DNA of 63,950 bases, counting the filler, from Reclinomonas americana ATCC 50394 (lineage: Eukaryota), in the NCBI GenBank assembly GCA_048213135.1. It is 11 parts of 11 records of this genome, joined end to end, with 100 filler letters (N's around TTAATTAATTAA, not from the genome) between each part and the next. Parts side by side here need not be neighbours in the genome. Positions count along the whole stretch, not along the records: positions 38,078 to 40,960 come from AFZH01021095.1; positions 41,061 to 42,790 come from AFZH01021096.1; positions 42,891 to 48,514 come from AFZH01021097.1; 8 more parts are not named here. One strand, given 5' to 3'. Shown piece by piece: positions 38,078 to 48,614 of this stretch (position 1 is its first letter; the number at the start of each line of letters is the position of its first letter). The notes under the pieces are model-generated. The model was not told the origin of the DNA and did no database searches. It was given only the letters and a program-made list of their open reading frames with translations. Made by a program: the position numbers and the translations under genes.

Positions 38078-39932
38078 TGGCACGCCTTTGGCAATCCCGA
38101 TCGGGATGACGATCGCAACGATAGTGATCGCAGCTTGCGCTGCCATCACCGGCGACGCCGCCTTCGCTCTGCTCAGCGCCGTCATGGGTTGCGTTGGCGC
38201 ATTCCGCCTGGGAACCCAGATTCTCTATCGACAGAAACAAACGTCATTCTCCACGGCGGTGTTCGAGCGTCTGGCTTATGCCGGTGCTTGGGCGACCGCC
38301 CTCACGATGAGCTGCTTCGGCGCCTATGCCGTCACCGCTCACGCTGACGACCGGATCGTGACATTGGCGGTTGCGCAGACCATCGGCTACATCGCCGGTA
38401 TTGCGGGCCGTAATAGCTCCCGCCCGTTCATCACGAATGTCCAGGTCACTTTCGCGGCGCTGCCCTTCGCCGGCGCGCTGATTGCTTCTCAAATCCCTGC
38501 GTTCGTCGTTATCGCAGGCGCGCTGTTGATGACCGTTGTGCTGACGATCTCGTCCTCGGAGGTCATACACCGCGTGTTCCTATCGAATTTTCGCACAACA
38601 CGCGATCTTAAGACCATCGCGACGACCGACAGCATCACGTCGCTTCTCAACAGGCGCGGGTTCATCGAGGAAGTGGAGGAGCGGCTTTCATCGGGAAGAC
38701 GAACCTACCTCCTGTCAGTGGACGTCGATGACTTCAAAACAGTCAACGACACGCTGGGCCATGACGTCGGCGATGCCCTGCTGTCTCTGGTCGCCGCTCG
38801 CATCTCGTCGGTTCTGGAGTCCAGCGAAAAAGCCGCGCGAATCGGCGGCGACGAGTTCATGATCGTCTCCGATCGCACCAGCAAAGATGTTGCCGAGCTG
38901 GCCGCGCTGGTGGTTAGCTTGTTCGCAGATCCCATAAGCGTCGGCAAAGCCACTCTCTCGGTTTCCGTCAGCATCGGTCTTACCAATGCGACCGGCGAAT
39001 CGATCGAACGTTCACTCAAGCACTGCGACCTGGCTCTCTACAAGGCGAAGGCTGAAGGGAAAAACCGCTGGCTGTCCTATGTGCCAGAGTTGAGCGAAGC
39101 CTATGATCGTCGGATCGAGCTGGAGCAGGACTTGGCCAAGGCCATCGTCGAAGGTCAGTTCGAGCTCCATTTCCAGCCGATCTATAGCCCGCGCGGTCGA
39201 ACGATCTTGTTGTGTGAGGCGTTGATGCGCTGGCGGCATCCAACGCGCGGCTCGGTCAGCCCTTCGGAATTCATCCCCCTTGCCGAGCAGAACGGGCTAA
39301 TCAAGAGCCTCGGCTCTTTTGCGATCGAGCAGGCGCTGAAGGCAGCGATCAGCTGGCCGCAGCCGGTCGGCGTCAGTGTCAACGTATCCGCCAAGCAGTT
39401 CCACCGGGATCATGATCTCGTCGGCGTCATCGAGGACGCGCTGCGGCGGACCGGGGTTGCGCCTCACCGGGTGACGATCGAGGTCACTGAGACGACGCTC
39501 GCGGAGGACAAGGACTTCGTGATCGCGACGCTGCACCGAATTCGCGCGCTGGGCGTGAAGGTGGCTCTGGACGATTTCGGCACGGGATACTCGTCGCTGA
39601 GCTACTTTGCCGAGCTCCCGATCGACATGCTGAAGATCGACCGGGCCTTCGTCGGCAGCATCGCCACGAGCACCAAGGCGAGAGCGCTGATGCGGGCAAT
39701 CACAGGTCTGGCGGGCGATTTGAACGTGCCGATGATCGTCGAGGGCGTGGAGACGCCAGAGCAGTTCGAAGCGGTGACGCGCTTTGCCCCTTATGGCGTT
39801 CAGGGCTTCCTGTTCGCGCGGCCAATGCCGAAGGAGGATATCGATCCGATCATCGATCGGCGCGTCGCGCTTCCTGCTATCGACCGGCCTTCCACAACCA
39901 CCGCTAAAAAGGGTCGTTCCTCCGCAGCCTAA
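38078..39932 (+). CDS. Membrane-bound GGDEF-EAL diguanylate cyclase/phosphodiesterase, 5'-truncated
   Basis: TM helices; ARIGGDEF; EALMRW; DDFGTGYSSL; EGVET. Confidence 0.95.
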
Positions 39933-39974
39933 ACAGGATATGTTCTGTTTCCTAGCAACGGGAGCCAGGGCGCT

Positions 39975-40960
39975 ATGGCTGGCGTGGGCGTCAAAGATCT
40001 CCTATCCGCCGATGATATCGACGAATCGGATCTGTTCGACGTCTTGAGCAAGGCTGCGGCAATTGCCGACGGAAAGTTGCCCGCACGGACAAGGCCCAGG
40101 ATGATCGGCCTTTTCTTCGAGCAGGAAAGCACGAGGACCAGGATAGGGTTCGACGTGGCGGCCTCCCGACTCCGTCATCATATCGTCGATATCTCCGCTT
40201 CGCCGGGCAGCCGGCTCGGCAAGGCTCAAGGCGAAGACCTCGAGGATCACATCCGGACGATCTCGGAGTACTGCGACCTGATCGTCGCCAGGACTGAACA
40301 TGTCGCGACCGTCGAAGAGATCGCGCGCCTGACGCACCTTCCCGTGGTCAATGGTGGCAACGGAATCGGCGAGCACCCGACCCAAGCCCTGGTCGATCTC
40401 TTCACGATCGAGCGACGCCTCGGAGATGTCAGGGGGCTGTCGGTGGCGCTGTCGTGCGATCCGACGGCCCGTCATGCCCTCTCCTTCATGAAGCTGCTCG
40501 CCTTGCGCCCCCCACGGCGCTTCACACTTTGCCTTGCACCTGAGACGAAATTATCCAACGTCGCTGCGGCTGCGATTGATGATTTGAGGCGTTGCGGCAC
40601 GATTATCGATAGAGTGGACAACGTAGAGGCCACGTTGGATCATGATGTTCTCTCGATCCAGACTCAGAGAGCGTCCAGTATTATCAGCGGACGTATTGGC
40701 GAGATGGATACCGCTCAAAAGATTGAAGACGAGAAATTTACTTTGACGGCCGAGAAGGTCCTTAGAAATCGGTCGAAGACGATGATTATGAATCCCCTGC
40801 CGCGGCATTCCGAGACCGACAAGTCATGCGACAGCCTCCCGAACGCCGCGTACTTCGACCAGGTGCGGCTGTCGGTTCCGATTCGGATGGCGGTTCTCAG
40901 CCGCATGCTCGCGGGCCGGCGCTGGGCGGGGCGATCTCCTTCGCGTTCGCAGCCTGGATG
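39975..40960 (+). CDS. Divergent aspartate/ornithine carbamoyltransferase-family protein (stop not seen before gap)
   Basis: FEQESTRTRIGF, NGGNGIGEHPTQALVD, MNPLPR. Confidence 0.85.
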
Positions 40961-41060
40961 NNNNNNNNNNNNNNNNNNNNNNNNNNNNNNNNNNNNNNNN
41001 NNNNTTAATTAATTAANNNNNNNNNNNNNNNNNNNNNNNNNNNNNNNNNNNNNNNNNNNN

Positions 41061-41777
41061 CGCTCGCGCCTGCCGCTGCATCTGGCTCGGAGCGCCCTGC
41101 ATGCCATGGGCGCGATCGCGGTGGTCTGGAGTGTCGCTAATCTGCCGCTGGGCCTGGTGGCGAGCATCGAGTTCAGTGGACCCTTGTTCGCGGCCGCCAT
41201 CGGCGCCTTCGCTTTCCGGACGCGGCCGGCGCGCTTCGCATGGATCGGATTTGGCCTGATTTTCGCCGGAGCGGCGGCGATCGTGTTTCAATATATGGAT
41301 GTGATCGGCTTCGCGATCATCATTCCATTTGCGGGCGTCGGCATTCTGACCTGCACAAATATCATGTTGGGAGTTCTGAGCGAAAGACAATCTACACGTT
41401 CAATATTGTTTCTGATGAATATCATACAGCTCGCAATCTTCGTAGCGTTGAGCATAGTGGGATCCGAGGCACTCAAGCTTCCATCTTCGGCCCTGACGAC
41501 GACCACGCTCTTCGCGCACGGGACGGCTACACTGCTGTTTGCGGTCGTTCTGATGGCTGTTTCTGGCTATATGACGCAAGCGTCACTCAGCCAGGCAACG
41601 CGCCATGGCACCGCCGTCCAGGTCGCCGCCCTGGACACGTTGCGAATTCCAGCGCTCGCGGGCGCCGGCGCGCTACTGTTTGGCGAGCCACTCAATCAAA
41701 GTCTGGTAATTCCAAGCGCGATCATCATGTGCGGAGCCATCTTGACTGCATATTTGGATCGGTCAAAGCGAGGGTAG
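41061..41777 (+). CDS. DMT/EamA-family transporter, 5'-truncated
   Basis: Hydrophobic; LPLGLVASIEFSGPLF and GALLFGEP motifs. Confidence 0.8.
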   Translation, partial: RSRLPLHLARSALHAMGAIAVVWSVANLPLGLVASIEFSGPLFAAAIGAFAFRTRPARFAWIGFGLIFAGAAAIVFQYMDVIGFAIIIPFAGVGILTCTNIMLGVLSERQSTRSILFLMNIIQLAIFVALSIVGSEALKLPSSALTTTTLFAHGTATLLFAVVLMAVSGYMTQASLSQATRHGTAVQVAALDTLRIPALAGAGALLFGEPLNQSLVIPSAIIMCGAILTAYLDRSKRG

Positions 41778-41804
41778 TGCGCTAGTTCAGTCCTATATTG
41801 TAAT

Positions 41805-42090
41805 AGAGCCCTTGGGAACCTTAATCGTCCGCGCGGGATTGCTCGTTGGCGGAACGCCCCACTCCTATTGCAGCCTCGAACACATGCCGAAATATCACAA
41901 GCTCGCGGCGCACGGTGGCCGGCTTCACGCCTTTGAGCCGTGTATCTCTATAATGAGCCACACTGGCTCCTGAGAGACTTCCTAGGTGCTCCTGAAAGCG
42001 CTTGGACACCGCGTCAGTTAAAAAGGAGGCTCAGGGGCCGCTCTGAATCGCCGCGCCGATCGCTTTCCTGCAGGCGGGTATCGATGCTGT
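41805..42090 (-). pseudogene. Tyrosine integrase remnant (core-binding domain), frameshifted
   Basis: VAHYRDTRLKGVKPATVRRELVIFRHVFEAA, then in a shifted frame EWGVPPTSNPARTIKVPK. Confidence 0.7.
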
Positions 42091-42109
42091 CATTGTTCGC
42101 AAGTCAAGA

Positions 42110-42262
42110 CCTTCTTACCGCAGGAATTGCTCGAACTCCGGGCCGTTGTCTGAACGCACATGCCAGCACGTCGCGCAGGATGAAGAGGTCCGAGAGGACG
42201 TCGATGACATCGGTCGACCTGAGCCTGCGATCGATGCGGACCGTCAGGCATTCCCGAGTGGA
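42110..42262 (-). mobile_element. IS3-family transposase (rve domain) fragment
   Basis: TRECLTVRIDRRLRSTDVIDVLSDLFILR, then frameshifted VRSDNGPEF. Confidence 0.8.
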
Positions 42263-42427
42263 CCCCTGGTCACGTCCGCGCAAACGCGAAGCGTTTGTCG
42301 CGAGCAAGCTATAAGGCTGGAGCGGCACCAAGCGGCGGCACCAAGCGGTTGACCTTCGCGCTCAAAGGTCTGTTCGAGGAAGGCCACTTGGAGTCGGCTA
42401 CTGGCGCATTGCTCCTCTCCACGGCGA

Positions 42428-42790
42428 TCACACCGACGAGACAGTGGCGACATGACATGCAACGCTTCTCGCCGGTTTCAATCGCGACGCGGCCAGCACG
42501 GGACGCTCGCTGCGGCAACGGTCGACGGCAAGGGGGCAGCGAGGATTGAAGGCGCAGCCCGTTGGCGGGGCGAGCGGATTGGGAAGTTCGCCTTGGATTC
42601 CGGCCTTGCCCTGCCCGCGGCGCTTGCCCGGAACCGCAGCGAGCAGCATCTGCGTATAGGGATGCTGCGGAGCCTCGAACAGCTCCTGCGCCGGTGCGAC
42701 TTCGACCAGCCGGCCAAGATACATAACGCCGACCCGATCGGCGAAATGGCGGACCGCGGCGAGGTTGTGCGAAATGAAAAGGCTGGTCAG
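42428..42790 (-). CDS. Oligopeptide/dipeptide ABC ATP-binding protein, C-terminal part (DppF/OppF-like)
   Basis: [41 protein letters not shown]. Confidence 0.9.
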   Translation of the reverse strand: MTSLFISHNLAAVRHFADRVGVMYLGRLVEVAPAQELFEAPQHPYTQMLLAAVPGKRRGQGKAGIQGELPNPLAPPTGCAFNPRCPLAVDRCRSERPVLAASRLKPARSVACHVATVSSV

Positions 42791-42890
42791 NNNNNNNNNN
42801 NNNNNNNNNNNNNNNNNNNNNNNNNNNNNNNNNNTTAATTAATTAANNNNNNNNNNNNNNNNNNNNNNNNNNNNNNNNNNNNNNNNNNNN

Positions 42891-42926
42891 TGCCTGCAGA
42901 CAGCGTCGAAGGATGAACATGATCAT
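42891..42926 (-). CDS. Start of peptide ABC permease (DppB-like)
   Basis: MIMFILRRCLQA immediately downstream of the binding-protein gene, cut by the gap. Confidence 0.6.
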
Positions 42927-42951
42927 CGGCAACCCGCCGCTCCCACCCGGC

Positions 42952-44556
42952 TCATTTCACGGTGAAAAAGCGGAGATTGACGCGGTTATCGTTCTGGACG
43001 GCGGTCTCAACCCCGGTTCGGGCGCCCCAGGTGATGCCGGGCTGGTAGAGCGGAATATGGCCGATCTCGCGTTTGTGGATCGTAAGGGCTTGGCTGACGG
43101 CCGCCTGGCGCCGTAACGCGTCCGGCTCGTCCTTGACCCGGTTGATGGCGGCGTCGACCTCGGCGTTCGAGTAGTTGCCGACATTCCACTGGCCGGCCCC
43201 GCCCTTGTCCGGCGTTTGGACGATGACGTTCAGAGGATTGTAGGCGTCGAAATCGGAAGGTCCGTAACCGAAGAAGCAGAGGCTCGTGTCGCGAGCGCCG
43301 ATCTTCGCGAAGAACTTGGACGATGGGATTGCGTTCACCGAGGCCCGGATCTCGATCCTGGCCAGCATGGCAGCGAGTGCCTGGCAGACACGCTCCGCGT
43401 TGATGTAGCGGTCGTTCGGGCAATCGAGCGTGATCTGGAAGCCCTTCGGATACCCGGCTTCCTCGATCAGCTTGCGCGCGGCTGCGGGGTCGAACTTGAA
43501 TTCGCGCCGATTGAGGGCGTTGTCGAAGGAGTTGATGTCCGAGGGCAGCACCTCGCCGATTGGTTTGGCGGTGTTGCGCATCAGCCGGGCGTTGATCGCC
43601 TCGACGTCGATCACCTGATAGATCGCCTGCCGGACGCGCGCATCCTTGAACGGATTCCTGCCCTTCACATCCGAGTAGAGCAGCTCGTCGCGGTGGAGAT
43701 CCATGGCGAGAAACATCGCGCGAACCTCGGTACCTTGCAGCACCTTCGCCTTGCCGGAGGCGTTGACCCGGTCGATGTCCTGGATCGGTACCGGATAGGC
43801 GAAATCGACCTCGCCCGAGAGCAGGGCGGCGACCCGGGTCGCGTCCGCGCCGATCTTGACGAGGGTCGCCTCAGTGACGGAACGCGGCGCCTTGTCCCAC
43901 CAGCCCTGATAGGCCTGCAGCACGGTGCGAATGTCGGGCTGGCGCTCGACGAGACGGAACGGGCCGGTCCCGTTGGCACTGCGCGTGGCGAAGTTCTCGG
44001 CGTTCTTCTTGAAGTCCGCCGGCGCCGTGGCGCCGTGCCTCTCGGCCCAGGCCTTCGACATGATCCGCAGTTCTGGAAGCGACTGCAGCAGCGCCGGGTT
44101 CGGACTGCTCGTCCTGAGTTCGACCGTATTGGCTTCGGCTCCGGCCACGACATCGGTAAGCGACGCTGTGAACACCTTCATGTCGGAGCCTGGAGCCATG
44201 GCGCGCTTGAGCGAAAAGACGACGTCCTCGACGCCGAACGGCGTGCCGTCATGGAAGGTGACGCCCTCGCGAAGCTTGAACCGCCAGACGGTCGGGGACG
44301 GGTTCGTCCACGACGTTGCGAGCGCGGGCTCGATCCGTGACTCCGCGTCGCGCCGGACGAGCCCCTCGTAGATGTGCTGCAACACGGTCAGGGTCATGCC
44401 GTGGTTGAAGGCATGCGGGTCCATCGTCGCCGCATCTTCCTGGGATGCCCATTTGATCGTCGCGGCCTGAGCCGTGGTCGCAGGGGCCGGCAGAGCCGTG
44501 GCACAGAGCGCGAGCAGCATGGCCGAGATGCAGCGGCTGGACTTGGAGAGGGCCAT
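42952..44556 (-). CDS. ABC transporter substrate-binding protein, family 5 (peptide/nickel type)
   Basis: Signal peptide; TMDPH, IYEGLV, WRFKLREGVTFHDG, NGTGPF, NPFKDARVRQAI. Confidence 0.93.
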   Translation of the reverse strand: MALSKSSRCISAMLLALCATALPAPATTAQAATIKWASQEDAATMDPHAFNHGMTLTVLQHIYEGLVRRDAESRIEPALATSWTNPSPTVWRFKLREGVTFHDGTPFGVEDVVFSLKRAMAPGSDMKVFTASLTDVVAGAEANTVELRTSSPNPALLQSLPELRIMSKAWAERHGATAPADFKKNAENFATRSANGTGPFRLVERQPDIRTVLQAYQGWWDKAPRSVTEATLVKIGADATRVAALLSGEVDFAYPVPIQDIDRVNASGKAKVLQGTEVRAMFLAMDLHRDELLYSDVKGRNPFKDARVRQAIYQVIDVEAINARLMRNTAKPIGEVLPSDINSFDNALNRREFKFDPAAARKLIEEAGYPKGFQITLDCPNDRYINAERVCQALAAMLARIEIRASVNAIPSSKFFAKIGARDTSLCFFGYGPSDFDAYNPLNVIVQTPDKGGAGQWNVGNYSNAEVDAAINRVKDEPDALRRQAAVSQALTIHKREIGHIPLYQPGITWGARTGVETAVQNDNRVNLRFFTVK

Positions 44557-44678
44557 CGAGCAGACTCCGGAAGAGTTCACGGGGACCTGCGCCAAACCGG
44601 CCCGGAGCTTCGCCAGGCCTTCAAAAACTTAGGCTTCCCCTTTATTGACTCGATCTTCCGGGCGGCTCAGCTTTGTCG

Positions 44679-44720
44679 CAAATCCATAATTGTTGGCCTC
44701 AGGCTCAGTAAAATTTAGCC
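44679..44720 (-). promoter_or_regulatory. LysR-type activated promoter motif for the transporter operon
   Basis: T-N11-A dyad CTAA-N7-TGAG (minus strand); aligns ungapped with 45638-45679. Confidence 0.65.
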
Positions 44721-45644
44721 TTGCTCCGGCAATGCGGCGACTTCCGTCTTTGCCCATTCCCGGAAGATGGCGACCTTTTCCCGGTCCGCGGCCGCTGGAG
44801 GCCAGACGAGATGGAAGCCGTAGGGACCGCTGACAGAGAGCGGGCCGAACGGCCGCACCAGCGCGCCGCTCTTCAGATCCTCCCCGGCCAGCGCAGAACT
44901 GGCCAGCGCCACGCCCTGTCCTGCCACGGCAGCCTGCAGCGTCATATGCGAGAACGAGAATCGGATGCCGCGTTGCGTATCGATCCCGCCGGCGCCGACT
45001 TCCTGCACCCATCGCGTCCAGTCGAGCTGATCGGGGATCCGTGCCTCCCATTCGTCATGGAGCAGAACATGGCCAGCGAGATCCTCGGGCGTGCGCAGCG
45101 GCGGTCCCTTGGCGAGCAGCGCCGGGCTGCAAACCGGGTAGAACTCCTCCTGTAGCAGCAGTTCGCTGGTCAGGCCGGGATAGCTGCCCCGTCCAAGGCG
45201 AATGGCGATGTCGACCTCCTCGCGCGAGAAATCGGTCAGCGGCACCGAGGCCAGGATGCGGACGTCCAGATCGGGATAGTTGTCGGTCAGCCGGCCAAGG
45301 CGCGGGACCAGCCAGCGCGAGACGAAGGAGGGCATCGCGCTGACGGTCAGGGTCTGCGAGGCCTCGATGCGCTGCAGATCGGCGGTGGCTTCGCTCAACT
45401 GGTCGAGAATGCTCGCGACGCGCGCCAGATAGCTGCGTCCGCCTTCGGTCAGGACGACGCCGCGCGGCAGCCGACGAAACAGCGGAACGCCGAGCCAGTC
45501 CTCCAGCACCTTGACCAGGCGGCCGACGGCATTGGCCGAGACGTTGAGCTCACTGCCAGCTGCATGGAATCCGCCGCGCCGGGCCGCGGCCTCGAATGCC
45601 CTGATCGCGTTCAAAGGTGGCAGCCGACGTCGTTCTTGACTCAT
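44715..45644 (-). CDS. LysR-family regulator, GcvA-like
   Basis: RLPPLNAIRAFEAAAR, LEDWLGVPLFRR, LQAAVAGQGVAL. Confidence 0.95.
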   Translation of the reverse strand: MSQERRRLPPLNAIRAFEAAARRGGFHAAGSELNVSANAVGRLVKVLEDWLGVPLFRRLPRGVVLTEGGRSYLARVASILDQLSEATADLQRIEASQTLTVSAMPSFVSRWLVPRLGRLTDNYPDLDVRILASVPLTDFSREEVDIAIRLGRGSYPGLTSELLLQEEFYPVCSPALLAKGPPLRTPEDLAGHVLLHDEWEARIPDQLDWTRWVQEVGAGGIDTQRGIRFSFSHMTLQAAVAGQGVALASSALAGEDLKSGALVRPFGPLSVSGPYGFHLVWPPAAADREKVAIFREWAKTEVAALPEQG

Positions 45645-45679
45645 CTCAGTTGAGCCTCAGCCCCAGATATCTCGATTTG
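45638..45679 (+). promoter_or_regulatory. LysR recognition site and promoter for the aminotransferase operon
   Basis: Perfect CTCA-N7-TGAG dyad (45640-45654) overlapping the LysR start codon. Confidence 0.65.
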
Positions 45680-45794
45680 TAGCGCCGGATTGAATGGCAG
45701 AAAACGAAGGAAGTTCCAAACAACCCTCACGATATTCGAGCCTATCCACTGTCCGGGCAGGAGCGAGATCGCGTGATGACGAGGCGCCGACCAC

Positions 45795-47159
45795 GTGGAC
45801 CTGCAAATTCACAGCGCGACCGACAGGGCCGCTCCCGCCAAATATCGCAAGGTCCTCACGCCCTGGGCGGTTCAGGGCAACCTGAACCCGCCGATCATCG
45901 AGCGGGGTTCCGGCAGCTTCTTCTTCGACAATCACGGAAAGCGCTATTTGGACCTCACCAGCGGCTATGTCGCCGTATCCCTCGGCCATGGTCATCCGAA
46001 GGTGGTCGAGGCCATCCAGCGGCAGGCCGAGAAGCTCTGCTGGACAGCGTCGAGCTATTTCAACGAGGTGCGCGCCGATTATGCCGAGGCGCTGTCACGG
46101 ATCTCGCCCTGGCCCGAGGAAGGCGCGCGCGCCCATTTCGCCTCGGGCGGTGCCGAGGCCAATGACGACATGGTCAAGATCGCGCGGCTGGTCACCCGTC
46201 GTCCCAAGATCCTGTCAGCCTATCGCTCCTATCACGGCAGCACAATCGGCGGCAGCGCGCTGACCGGGGTCGATCGCTGGCGCGACCCCTTCCCGAACAT
46301 CCCCGGCATCGTTCGGTTCTTTGCACCCTACCCCTACCGATCACCGTTCCACGCCGAGACCGCGGCGCAGGAGACTGCGCGCGCGCTCGATCATGTCGAA
46401 CGCATTCTCCTGCATGAGGGCGCCGCCAATGTCGCCGCGATCATGCTGGAGCCGATGACCGGATCGAGCGGGCTCGTCGTCTATCCGCCAGGATATCTCG
46501 AAGGTTTGCGCACGATCTGCGACCGCCATGGCATCCTACTCGCTTTCGACGAGGTGATGACCGGATTCGGGCGGGTCGGGAAGGCTTTTGCGAGCATCCG
46601 CTTCGGCGTCGCGCCCGATCTGCTGTCCTTCGCCAAGGGGGCAAGCTCGTCCTACACTCCGCTCGGCGGCGTTCTCGTCCGTGAGCGACTCGCCCGCTTC
46701 TTCGATGCCGAGCTCTTCGATGTCGGCCACACCCATGCCGGCCATGTGCTGGCGGTCGCGGGCGGGCTCGCCGCACTCCAGGTCTATGAGGAGGAAGGCC
46801 TGTTCGAGCGCGCGATCGAGATCGAGGCCTGGTTACGAGAGGGTCTCGGCGCCCTGCAGGCGAAGCATGCCGGTGTTGTCGGCGACGTCAGGGGGGCCGG
46901 CGCGCTGTTCGGACTCGAACTCATCTCCGATCCTGAGACCAGGGCTCCGCTCGTCGGCTGGCATCATCCGGGCGGCTCCGGGCCGATGAAGCGCTTCTAT
47001 GCGACTCTGCTCGAGCGCCGCGTTCACGCCTATGGCCGCTACAACATCGTTCTTGTCGCGCCGCCGCTGACGATCGGCCGCGAGGAACTCGCTTTCGGCT
47101 TCGATGCGCTCGATCACGCACTCGCGACTCTCGTACCGCGCTCGCACCGCCAGCCCTGA
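45795..47159 (+). CDS. Class III (omega/beta-amino acid type) PLP aminotransferase
   Basis: YLDLTSG, SGGAEAND, SYHGST, FDEVMTGFGRVG, FAKG; GTG start. Confidence 0.93.
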   Translation: MDLQIHSATDRAAPAKYRKVLTPWAVQGNLNPPIIERGSGSFFFDNHGKRYLDLTSGYVAVSLGHGHPKVVEAIQRQAEKLCWTASSYFNEVRADYAEALSRISPWPEEGARAHFASGGAEANDDMVKIARLVTRRPKILSAYRSYHGSTIGGSALTGVDRWRDPFPNIPGIVRFFAPYPYRSPFHAETAAQETARALDHVERILLHEGAANVAAIMLEPMTGSSGLVVYPPGYLEGLRTICDRHGILLAFDEVMTGFGRVGKAFASIRFGVAPDLLSFAKGASSSYTPLGGVLVRERLARFFDAELFDVGHTHAGHVLAVAGGLAALQVYEEEGLFERAIEIEAWLREGLGALQAKHAGVVGDVRGAGALFGLELISDPETRAPLVGWHHPGGSGPMKRFYATLLERRVHAYGRYNIVLVAPPLTIGREELAFGFDALDHALATLVPRSHRQP

Positions 47160-47177
47160 GATCAACGAGGAGAAGAC

Positions 47178-47978
47178 ATGGCCATCGCCCGGGAATTCTC
47201 GGATATCCGCTACGACAAGCGCGACGGCGTCGCGCGGATCACCATCGACCGCCCCGAGAAGATGAACGCCTTTCGGGCGCAGACCGTCGACGAACTGCTC
47301 GCAGCCTTCACCGACGCTGGCGCGGATCGCGAGATCGGCGTCATTGTCCTCGGCGGCGCCGGCGAGCGCGCCTTCTGCACAGGCGGAGACCAGTCAGGCC
47401 ATGCAGGCAGCTATGGCGGCCGCGGAACGATTGGCCTGCCGATCGACGAGGTCCAGAGCCTGATCCGGGACGTGCCGAAGCCGGTGATCGCGCGCGTGCA
47501 GGGCTATGCCATCGGTGGCGGCAATGTCCTCGTCACCGTCTGCGATCTCGCCATCGCCTCGGAACAGGCGGTCTTCGGTCAGGTCGGCCCGAAGGTCGGC
47601 TCGGTCGATCCCGGCTTCGGCACCGCCCTTCTGGCCCGCGGCATCGGTGAGAAGCGGGCCCGGGAACTCTGGTTCCTCTGCCGGCGCTACAGCGCCGCGC
47701 AGGCACTCGAGATGGGCCTCGTCAACGCCGTCGTGCCGCATGACTGTCTCGACGCCGAGATCGACGCCTGGTGCGCCGAGATTCTCGAGAAGAGCCCGAC
47801 GGCGCTGGCGATTGCCAAGCGGTCGTTCAATGCCGACAGCGAGAATATCCGTGCGATCGGCTCCCTCGGTTTCGAGGCGCTGGCGCTCTTCTACGCCTCG
47901 GCTGAATCCCGCGAGGGCGTCGAGGCCTTCCTTCAGAAGCGCAAGCCGCAGTTTCGCACGCGGGCGGCGCAGCGATGA
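47178..47978 (+). CDS. badI: 2-ketocyclohexanecarboxyl-CoA hydrolase-like crotonase (BadI type)
   Basis: AFCTGGDQS..GRGTIGLP..IRDVPKPVIARVQGYAIGGGNVL..FGQVGPKVGSVDPGFGT..SPTALAIAKRSFN matches BadI (GGGNVL, GSVDPG) rather than MenB (GGGHVL, GSFDGG). Confidence 0.8.
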   Translation: MAIAREFSDIRYDKRDGVARITIDRPEKMNAFRAQTVDELLAAFTDAGADREIGVIVLGGAGERAFCTGGDQSGHAGSYGGRGTIGLPIDEVQSLIRDVPKPVIARVQGYAIGGGNVLVTVCDLAIASEQAVFGQVGPKVGSVDPGFGTALLARGIGEKRARELWFLCRRYSAAQALEMGLVNAVVPHDCLDAEIDAWCAEILEKSPTALAIAKRSFNADSENIRAIGSLGFEALALFYASAESREGVEAFLQKRKPQFRTRAAQR

Positions 47979-48514
47979 TCCGCGACGAAGCGCTGTTCGC
48001 CACGCTGCTCGACACGGTCTCGCGCTTCGTCCGCGAGGTACTGGTGCCGATCGAGGAGCGTGTCGCCCGCGAGGATGCCGTTCCCGCCTCGGTGGTCGAG
48101 CAGATGCGCGCGCTCGGCCTGTTCGGCCTGACCATCCCGGAGGAATTCGGCGGCCTCGGCCTGACGGTCGAGGAAGAAGTCGAGGTCGTCCTTGTACTTG
48201 GCCGCACGTCGCCGGCCTTCCGGTCGGTGTTCGGCACCAATATCGGCATCGGCTCGCGCAGCCTCATCCTGACAGGCACGGATGAACAGAAATCGCGCTA
48301 TCTGCCGCGTCTAGCTTCCGGAGACCTCATCGCCTCCTTCGCGCTGACCGAGCCCGAGGCGGGGTCCGACGCCGCGTCGCTGCGCAGTCAGGCCCGGCTG
48401 GACGGGGAGGAATGGCTGCTCAACGGCACCAAGCGCTTCATCACCAACGCTTCTCATGCCGGCCTGTTCACCGTTTTCGCCCGAACCGGCGGCGAGGGAG
48501 CAGACGGCATCTCC
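47975..48514 (+). CDS. Acyl-CoA dehydrogenase, 3'-truncated
   Basis: GLTIPEEFGGLG, FALTEPEAGSDAASL, LNGTKRFITN; ATGA overlap. Confidence 0.93.
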
Positions 48515-48614
48515 NNNNNNNNNNNNNNNNNNNNNNNNNNNNNNNNNNNNNNNNNNNNTTAATTAATTAANNNNNNNNNNNNNNNNNNNNNNNNNNNNNN
48601 NNNNNNNNNNNNNN

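Noticed and set aside
39975..40960. pyrB or argF assignment
   Set aside because: Acceptor-binding motifs are altered and there is no pathway context
47178..47978. menB (naphthoate synthase)
   Set aside because: Motifs fit BadI and no other men genes are present
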